A stretch of 64,000 bases of DNA, taken from positions 53,444,001 through 53,508,000 of the forward strand of contig NC_043001.1 in the NCBI RefSeq assembly GCF_006345805.1. The letters run 5' to 3'. Below are positions 54,413 through 64,000 of the stretch, in pieces (positions within the stretch are counted from its first letter, which is position 1; each line of letters begins with the position of its first letter). The notes below the pieces were generated by a model that saw only the letters and a program-made list of their open reading frames with translations, was not told the DNA's origin and made no database searches. Made by a program: the position numbers and the translations under genes. Origin of the DNA: Octopus sinensis. Lineage: Eukaryota.

Positions 54413-54676
54413 TTTAAGGACTGACCACTAAAAGTGGACGGTCAACATGCTAGATATAGACGTCAAAATCGCTATTTTCCACAAAGAATGTGATCTAAAA
54501 AAAAACTCACCACAAACCAAAGCATTAAAAATAAGCAAGACAAATGAAAATATACGAAATAAAAATGATATCATGCTGAGTTTTTTATTTGAGAACACAT
54601 TCTTTGTGGAAAAATAGCGATTTTGACGTCTATATCTAGCATGTTGACCGTCCACCTTTAGTGGTCAGTCCTTTAA
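54413..54676. repeat. Foldback with ~95-bp arms next to (TA)n
   Basis: 54413-54509 versus 54577-54676, few mismatches. Confidence 0.9.
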
Positions 54677-55157
54677 ATATTGTATGTAAAAATATTTTAA
54701 TCTTCGGATTTTTTTTAACATGCTAGGCCACTGGTTTTAATTGATTCATATCAATTTCTACCCTTATTAAATTTATATATATATATATAAATTGAGATAG
54801 GGGTTGTGAGAGCAACCCACCATGGGATAACATATATCAAATATACTGCCAGTAAAGCACCCAACAAAGTTAATACATAAATGTTAAGAAGTGTTATGCA
54901 ATTAATTCATTTATTGTATTATATGGGCAAAGGTAAAATGTTTTACCACAAATTAATAATACAAAATAAGAAAATGGAAAAATACACCTTAATCGATAAT
55001 CAGCTACCGGATAATACCCAATCACATAATTTATTAAGTCACTACATATGAAGATCAGGTCAAACGTAATAGTACAGAACAAAACAATGCACATCAATGA
55101 GTAATATGATACAATAAGTACAAAATGTATAAGTGAATATAAATAAATATAAATATA

Positions 55158-55355
55158 AATATAAACTACATCTTACAGCTGTTTCAGCCATGTAGATATG
55201 GGTATCTCATTATACTCATATTAGCCAGGTGTGATAAGTTAATATGTGGTTATAAATGAGACACTTACAAATATATCCCAAGGCTTCTTCAGAGATTATA
55301 AAGTACAATCTAAATATGAATATCAGAGGAGGTACACCCATACAAGAGTGGGTAC

Positions 55356-55401
<46 letters not shown>

Positions 55402-55433
55402 GGCTGAAACAGCTGTAAGATGTAGTTTATATT
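55158..55433. repeat. Perfect 34-bp inverted repeats containing a hammerhead 3' half
   Basis: 55158-55191 is the reverse complement of 55400-55433. The arm contains GAAAC-AGCT-GTA. Confidence 0.85.
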
Positions 55434-55467
55434 ATTGATTAAGGTGTATTACTCCATTTTCTTATTT

Positions 55468-55529
<62 letters not shown>

Positions 55530-56278
55530 TATGTATGCATGTATGTATGTATATATGTATACATGTGTGTGCGTGCGCGGCGTGTGTATCTATGCATATC
55601 TATGGATGAATATATGTATGTATATATCTATCTATCCATCTATTTAATTATCTATTTTAGCAGAGAGGAGGGAAATAAGACACTTCAGAAAATGTGAGCT
55701 GATGGAAAATGCTTCTTCTTGTAGAATTCGCGCGACGTATAAGTTGTATAACTATTTTTAACACAGAAGCGAAAACCACAGTTTGTGTGCGCTCAAAATA
55801 GGAATTTCATATTAAATACATGTCTTCATACCATAATATATTAGCAACATGTCACTCCACTCAGTCATATGTTTTCAAACATTCGTTATATATGAAGATA
55901 ATGACTTAGGCGGCAGAATGTTCGAAGTTACTCTAAATACTGCTCTTGTTAAAGAATAAGGAAGTGATATTCTAACAAAATCAGAGGCCACATAGCTGAA
56001 ACTTCATAGATTAACTAGCCACTGCACTAAAATGAAAACACAATTTTGTACAGGATAAATTAGGAGACAGGAATTAAGCAGATTCAATGTTTAGAAGTCC
56101 GTACAGTACACAAGGTGTAATATATTTCAATACATCTACTAAGAATATAAATCAACGTAAATATTAGTACGCCTATGAATCCGCGCATCTGCTTTATGTA
56201 TATTTCCCTATTTTGTGTATTTGTAATAGGGAAAGTATAATAATCTTTTGCTCAGCATATAATCGTGAGTATATAGTC

Positions 56279-56364
<86 letters not shown>

Positions 56365-56409
56365 GCATATATATATATATGCATATATATACATGAAATA
56401 TATATGTAT

Positions 56410-56570
56410 ACGTGTGTCTTTGTTTGTCCCCATCGATTGGTGTTTACGTCCCCGTAACTTAGTGGTTCAAAGAAAACAGACCGATAGAATAAGTACTTGG
56501 CTTACAAAGAATAAATCCAGGGGTCGATATCTTCGATAGAATCCTTTAAGGTCAAATGACTGTACGAGTA
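56410..56570 (+). mobile_element. SINE family A 3' part
   Basis: ggtgtttacgtccccgtaacttag core. Confidence 0.75.
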
Positions 56571-56674
56571 AAATAATATATTATATATATATATATACAA
56601 AAGGTGACCGCGTGTGTACCGTTGGTGATTTTTTTTCCTCCGTCTTCCCTTATCTGGATCTTTCCTTTTGCTAT

Positions 56675-56709
56675 GTTTCTGACGAAGAGCTCCGCTCGCA
56701 ACGTTAAAC
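56675..56709 (+). ncRNA. Minimal type I hammerhead motif with one core substitution, in a ~220-bp (TA)-flanked element (56598-56815)
   Basis: gttt-CTGACGA-a-gagc tcc gctc-GCAA-cgtt-aaac. GAAA reads GCAA. Confidence 0.65.
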
Positions 56710-57559
56710 CTTCCTTCGTCCCTTCCTTCCTGAGCATCCAATAATACTATATTTGTTCCACGTCCTCGCGTTGTTGTGTTTTCTCTTTGTGTTTTCATGT
56801 TTGGATTAACTATATATGTGTGTGTGTGTGTGTATGCCATTTATTGTTCTTTTATTAGTGAGAGATAAATGTAATATCATATATAGAGTATTTAAATATC
56901 ATATATATAGTATTTAAATATAGTGTATATTAAGTGCTATATTGTCTATATCATCGTCACCGCCAAAGTCATCATCATCGTCGTCATCATCATCATCGTT
57001 ATCCTCTGCTTTCGATACTAACATACGTAGGATGGTCATTAATGAACTGGCGTGCTGCAGGGCAGTGTCGAGCTCCAATGTCATCTTTAGCATGTTATGT
57101 TTTTTTACGGCTCTATGTACTTTCTAACGCCAACAACTTTATCAATTCTACTAGGTGCATATGTGTCTTGTTGGAGGGGAGATATCTGGCAGAAGGAGCT
57201 AAAAGGAAGGTAATGATGGGCTACTAGACCAAACACCTAAGAGGACAAGAAGAATGAATGATATGAGGGGATGAGAAAGTTGATGTTTTCATAAGAACGT
57301 GATTAATAGCCCAGCTTGATATGTAGGAAAGATTTAGGCAGTAATTCCATACTGTGAACCCTAAGCAGCCAATAGACACACACGAAGCGCAGTGGAATCA
57401 CAGAAAGATTAACTAAGAAAGTAGTCTTTGTTTTTCGAAGATGCACAGGTGCCATGGAAGCTGCAGTTACACAGGAAATTGACTTCCTGAATTGTCTTCT
57501 TGGATTTTTGGCGGCAATCGATAACTTCTTTTACTGAGTCTAGTCTAGTCTACTCGCTA

Positions 57560-57790
57560 GAATTGGTGTGGTATGGTGAAAGTTAAGAGAGATTTTACCT
57601 CTATCGGTAACGGTAACAAGACTTCTCTCTCCGAGTGAAAGGCAGATTGTTTCATGCTTGTGTACATACAGCGATGCTACATGAGAGGGCGACACGGGCT
57701 TTCAAGGCAGAGTATATGCGAGGACTAGAGATGAACGAAACTAGTATGCTCTGATGGGTGTGCAATATTAGATTGCGTGTTGTCATGCAC
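57560..57790 (+). mobile_element. RTE-type LINE fragment
   Basis: LSLRVKGRLFHACVHTAMLH...MRGLEMNETSML motif. Confidence 0.6.
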
Positions 57791-59393
57791 TTGAATTGAT
57801 ATTAATTTCGTAATACTTTTTGATTTGAATTAGTAATCCAACTTGGATCAAGTTTTAATATCCTTCTGTTTTCCGTTTTAAGACGCGGAAATATAATAAG
57901 CTTTAGACTTTGATCTTTGAGTCTGTACTGATGCATCCGTGCATATAACATGTTTAATTTGTGTGAAGGTATTTTTCTTATAGATTCAAATATATTATAC
58001 TTGTAAAAGTGTATAGGCTATTTCTTGAAATATTAATATCGTAATATCATAATGATATTTTTTTCTTTACGATGTTTAGTACCCGTTCTTTCTATATATA
58101 ATATTGCATTTTGTAGGAGTAAAGGTCCGAGAAACAGGTTCATATAATTATTTTTTCGTATTCAGTAGTTTGCAGATTATTTCTATTCTCATTCTATTTT
58201 TCCTAGAATAAGTTTTATTCTTTTATTCAGTATCTTCAGATTAGTCGATTTACGTGAATCTCTACATGTATTGGCACATACATGATATATGTTGGTGCTT
58301 TTTCGTTTTTTTTCTTCATATTTCCATTATTGAATTGGTCATTTTCATGAAAAATATCCGTTATTTAATGCACAAGATATAAATATCAGATCGTTATGTT
58401 CTGTGATTATAATTGGATTCTTATTCTTCAAAAGAATACGTTATAAAAGAAGGTCCAAAGCTAACTGAAAGGGCTGTCACATAATGCATTTACGTAACAT
58501 TTCACTACGTCAGTGCGATTAGAGAATATTACATTCAAATATAGTCGATATATTTCTTCTCTCTTTCTTTTTTTGCGGCGTTGGGGCATATATTTCATTG
58601 ATTGATATATCTTCGAATTGATTATTATTTCATAACAGTTTATTATAGGCGTTGTTATTGCTAATGCCTATTTTGTTACGAATAATTGTATACTTAGAAT
58701 CTTGATCTCATGCTACAATAATACAATCAGCTGCCATCTTTTGCGTTTTAAACTCGCAGCTACTTTGAGATATGCTTTTTAATATATCATTTATCCAAAA
58801 TCCCTTTGTATCTATGCCAGCTATATTTCATCCTACTCGTTTAATATATTAATAAAACTTCATTTCGACTACTCTAAACTCTGCCAGGTTTATGCCACAT
58901 ATCGGTGGCAACACAGGTTCTCTCTTAACACAACGGAAACAACATTTGACCGATTAAAACCAATCTTGAAATCCTCTTCTTTACGTCCCATACACTAAAA
59001 CGTTCATTATTCCAACGATCTGTGTATATATTACTGTGCTACAGTTGTTCACGCAAGAAAGACAACTGTAAAGTTTAGAGAATTAAACACAGTCCGAAAA
59101 CTGGAATAAGTTCAAACAATAATTATACACTTATGTACCAAATAACCCGCGTTCAAAGCGTTCATTCGACAGAGTACAACCCTGAAGTTTGACCTTTTCC
59201 TGAAATGTAACCGATCACCTTACTCGTCTGCCATACAGAACGTCACCTAGTTTCGCAAAGACTTCTTTTCTTCTTCCTTCCCTTGACAATGAATGCTCAG
59301 CAGGCACTATCTCGACAAAGGGCTCACCCCACTTTCCTGCCCAATTTTCATCCAGTTCCATAGTAATTACCTAAGGAAAATCCCTTCATTATA

Positions 59394-59427
<34 letters not shown>

Positions 59428-59428
<1 letters not shown>

Positions 59429-59583
59429 GGTCAGTAAAATTTAGATAAAGTTGAATATGGTACTTAAGTTAAATACACCAGAATTTAGTTTGGTATTATC
59501 CATATAATTCAAAATGGGGTGATTACAATCAAAATAAGCAACAAGGGTATCCAGAGGTAATGCACCATTACATCTGGATATCC

Positions 59584-59586
<3 letters not shown>
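59428..59586. repeat. Short (TA)n-flanked insert ending in a 20-bp hairpin (59543-59585)
   Basis: aagggtatccagaggtaatg-cac-cattacatctggatatcctt. Confidence 0.6.
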
Positions 59587-59635
<49 letters not shown>

Positions 59636-59789
59636 TATATATATATTTATATATAGAGGGCATTATACATACCTGCCAGGAGGCATTATACATACATGCC
59701 AAACGCTAAGAGGGACAATCAGTCATTTCTACCAAAAATATTACTAATCCACCGAATGCAATTTTTCAAAGTAAGACATTTAAAAATAT

Positions 59790-59837
59790 AGACCTGTATC
59801 ACAGTGATTTCATACTTACGTAATCATCAGCAGGCCT
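59790..59837 (-). ncRNA. Type I hammerhead ribozyme, array copy 1
   Basis: AGGCCUG-CUGAUGA-UUACGUAAGUAU-GAAA-UCACUGUGA-UA/CAGGUCU. Core intact, 7-bp stem I. Confidence 0.85.
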
Positions 59838-60268
59838 GAATGTATTATAAATAAACAACGACCCTGCCTCGCTTAAGCCGATCAGCTAACTGATCAACAT
59901 CAACGAAGCACATGGGTGAGTTTATATATATTACATCCGGGTAAATGGCAAACTTTTACGAATTGCATTTCGGGAGAGGAAAGGTTTTTTCGGAATAAAA
60001 ATTTAGCAATTAAGGACAACTACTTAATAAGGAAAACTTAACAAGAAATTGTCAGGTAGATAGCGTAAAAACCTCATAAGAGAAAAAATTTCGAAAATAA
60101 TTATTTCTTATTGAACATATTAATTTATATATAGAGGGCATTATACATACCTGCCAGGAGGCATTATACATACATGCCAAACGCTAAGAGGGACAATCAG
60201 TCATTTCTACCAAAATTATTACTAATCCCACCGAATGCAATTTTTCAAAGTAAGACATTTAAAAATAT

Positions 60269-60316
60269 AGACCTGTATCACAGTGATTTCATACTTACGT
60301 AATCATCAGCAGGCCT
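60269..60316 (-). ncRNA. Type I hammerhead ribozyme, array copy 2
   Basis: Identical to copy 1. Confidence 0.85.
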
Positions 60317-60744
60317 GAATGTATTATAAATAAACAACGACCCTGCCTCGCTTAAGCCGATCAGCTAACTGATCAACATCAACGAAGCACATGGGTGAGT
60401 TTATATATATTACATCCGGGTAAATGGCAAACTTTTACGAATTGCATTTCGGGAGAGGAAAAGTTTTTTCGGAATAAAAATTTAGCAATTACGGACAACT
60501 ACTTAATAAGGAAAACTTAACAAGAAATTGTCAGGTAGATAGCGTAAAAACCTCATAAGAGAAAAAATTTCGAAAATAATTATTTCTTATTGAACATATT
60601 AATTTATATAGAGGGCATTATACATACCTGCCAGGAGGCATTATACATACATGCCAAACGCTAAGAGGGACAATCATCATTTCTACCAAAAATATTACTA
60701 ATCCCACCGAATGCAATTTTTCAAAGTAAGACATTTAAAAATAT

Positions 60745-60792
60745 AGACCTGTATCACAGTGATTTCATACTTACGTAATCATCAGCAGGCCT
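60745..60792 (-). ncRNA. Type I hammerhead ribozyme, array copy 3
   Basis: Identical to copy 1. Confidence 0.85.
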
Positions 60793-61219
60793 GAATGTAT
60801 TATAAATAAACAACGACCCTGCCTCGCTTAAGCGATCAGCTAACTGATCAACATCAACGAAGCACATGGGTGAGTTTATATATTACATCCGGGTAAATGG
60901 CAAACTTTACGAATTGAATTTCGGGAGAGGAAAAGTTTTTTCGGAATAAAAATTTAGCAATTAAGGACAACTACTTAATAAGGAAAACTTAACAAGAAAT
61001 TGTCAGGTAGATAGCGTAAAAACCTCATAAGAGAAAAAATTTCGAAAATAATTATTTCTTATTGAACATATTAATTTATATATAGAGGGCATTATACATA
61101 CCTGCCAGGAGGCATTATACATACATGCCAAACGCTAAGAGGGACAATCAGTCATTTCTACCAAAAATATTACTAATCCCACCGAATGCAATTTTTCAAA
61201 GTAAGACATTTAAAAATAT

Positions 61220-61267
61220 AGACCTGTATCACAGTGATTTCATACTTACGTAATCATCAGCAGGCCT
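61220..61267 (-). ncRNA. Type I hammerhead ribozyme, array copy 4
   Basis: Identical to copy 1. Confidence 0.85.
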
Positions 61268-61321
61268 GAATGTATTATAAATAAACAACGACCCTGCCTC
61301 GCTTAAGCCGATCAGCTAACT

Positions 61322-61876
<555 letters not shown>

Positions 61877-62268
61877 CTAGCAGTATCGCCCGGCGTTGCT
61901 CGGGTTTGTAAGGGAAATAACTATATAAGCATTTTTAGAGAGTTATAGCAAAAAAATAGCCAAAAAATGCATTAAAAATGGAATAAAAAATTATGGTAAT
62001 TTTTTTTAATCGTTGACTCATCGTAGACATTTTTAGAGAGTTACTTCCCTTATATAATAGCGAAAATGCATTAAAATGGAAAAAATGATGGTAATTTTTT
62101 TTTTAATCGTAGACTCATCGTAGACGCGCGCTAATACCCAGAAGGGTTCGATATGAATCACGACTATAAGATACCCGGTTTTGGTTAAACTGCACCGCAA
62201 AATGTGGGAGTAGTTAGGAATCTAAATCGTAGGAGACATACACACAACTTCACTTTTATATATAAAGA
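61877..62268 (-). mobile_element. Non-autonomous Helitron 1
   Basis: Minus strand: 5' TC (TCTTTATATATAAAA) at 62268, a 16-nt GC hairpin (61889-61904) 8 nt before the terminal CTAG (61877-61880), inserted between A and T. Confidence 0.85.
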
Positions 62269-63489
62269 TTTGTGCAACAACTAAAACATTCGGTTGTGCA
62301 AATTGTTTGCACATGAAACCTGCCCTGTGTGGCGGTTTTTGCCGTTTTTGTGGATCTGTTTCAGCTTTTTCAGCGATTTCTGTTTTGGCGACTTCAAGCC
62401 ATGAAGTCGTTGTTCTAAAAGAACGCTGGTCTCCTTGACAACGCTTTACGACGTTGATTTCCCTACTCTACCTTCCCCACAGCTTCACGAGGGAGGGAAG
62501 AAGGGGAGGAGCTACACAGGTGAAGGTGCGAGCATGAACGCCAACGCCGCCACCGACACACGAAAAAATAGAAAGAACCCAGACGACAGCTTCAGCCACC
62601 ACCACCACCACGACTAACACCATCACCACTACCACCATGACCACCACGACTAACACCATCACCACTACCACCCATGACCATCACCACCACCATAACGAAG
62701 ACCACCACCATCATCACCACCTCACCACCACGACCAACACCATGACCACCACCACCACCATCATCACCACCCCCACCACCACGACCACGACCACCAACAA
62801 CAACAACACCACCACCACAAACACGACGACCACCACGACCACGACCATCATCACCACTACCAGCACCACCGCCACCACCGCTACCACTACCACCGCCTCC
62901 ACTACCACCATACTATGCCTCTGCTCTCTCCTTTTGGCTACTAAATCCATTACCATATTTCACAAGTATCATCGCCATTGGATAATATTTTTTAAGTAAA
63001 AGTTGTGCAACAACTATAACATTCGGTTGTGCAAATTATTTGCACGGGAAACCTTCCCTGTGTGGCGCTTTCCCGATTTTGTAGAATTTGCTTTCGGGCT
63101 TCCTTAGCCATTTCTGTTTTGGTGTCTTCAAGCCATGAAGTCGTTGTTCTAGAAGAACGCTGGTCTCCTTGACAACGCTTTACGACGTTGATTTCCTTAC
63201 ACTCCCTTCCCTACAGCTTCACGAGGGAGGGAAAATGGGGGAGAAGCAACACAGGTGCACTTCCCTTTATTTAAAAAAATATGCGTAAAAATAGAAAAAA
63301 ATTATGGTAAATTATTTTTAAAATCGTAGACTCATCGTAGACGCGCGCTAATACCTAGACGGGCTCGATATGAATCACGACTATAATATACCCGAATTTG
63401 GTTAAACTGCACCGCAAAATGTGGGAGTAGTTAGGAATCTAAATCGAAGAGGACAGACACTCACACAACTACAGTTTTATATATATAGA
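62269..63489 (-). mobile_element. Composite Helitron segment: a second 5' end plus duplicated modules and a (CAC)n tract
   Basis: 5' TC at 63489. Modules are repeated at 62270-62525 and 63003-63258. No CTAG end of its own. Confidence 0.7.
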
Positions 63490-64000
63490 CTAGCAGTATC
63501 GCCCGGCGTTGCTCGGGTTTGTAAGGGAAATAACTATATAAGCATTTTTAGAGAGTTACTTCCCTTATAAATTCGTGCTTTCTTAGCCATTTTTGTTTTG
63601 GTGTCTTCAAGCCATGAAGTCGTTGTTCTAAAAGAACGCTGGTTTCCTTCACAACGCATTACGACGTTGATTTCTTTACACTCCCTTCCCCACAGCTTCA
63701 CGAGGGAGGGAAGGGGGAGAAGCAAACAGGTGCAGCTGTGAGCGTGGACGCCAACTCCGCCGCCATCGACATACGATGCATTTTATGCATTAAAATGGAA
63801 TAAAAAATGATGTTAAATTATTTTTAAAATCGTAGACTCATCGTTGACGCGCGCTAATAGTCAGACGGGCTCGATATGAATCACGACTATAAGATACCCG
63901 AATTTGGTTAAACTGCACCGCAAAATGTGGGAGGAGTTAGGAATCTAAATCGAAGGGGACAGACACTCACACAACTAGAGTTTTATATATCTATTTATAT
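63490..64000 (-). mobile_element. Non-autonomous Helitron 3; 5' end at or just beyond the window edge
   Basis: CTAG at 63490-63493 with the same hairpin as Helitron 1, the same 5' module at ~63825-63990, and a captured module at ~63608-63740. Confidence 0.82.

Noticed and set aside
62435-62999. His/Thr-rich ORFs
   Set aside because: They derive from degenerate (CAC)n repeats inside the Helitron cluster.

Overview
AT-rich, microsatellite-saturated animal DNA with no recognisable intact host gene. The SINE families and repeat landscape suggest an octopus or other cephalopod (inference). Nearly all ORFs in the track are microsatellite artefacts or decayed transposon fragments. Recognised elements: two DD34D mariner relics, about a dozen (TAA)n-flanked R4/Dong-type non-LTR retrotransposon fragments, two Tx1/L1 fragments, an RTE fragment, Penelope-like (PLE) RT and GIY-YIG relics, many tRNA-headed SINEs, a headless ~570-bp (TAA)n-associated element (4 copies), several foldbacks, and a modular non-autonomous Helitron cluster with a head-to-tail CTAG|TC junction. 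The main finding is a ~477-bp tandem array (59.6-61.3 kb, 3.5 units) with four identical type I hammerhead ribozyme motifs on the minus strand, all core nucleotides intact. This is the layout of a retrozyme, or self-cleaving satellite. Several unrelated hammerhead-like relics occur elsewhere, mostly beside (TA)n tracts and often in inverted repeats. All folds and alignments were done by eye; boundaries of decayed elements are approximate.
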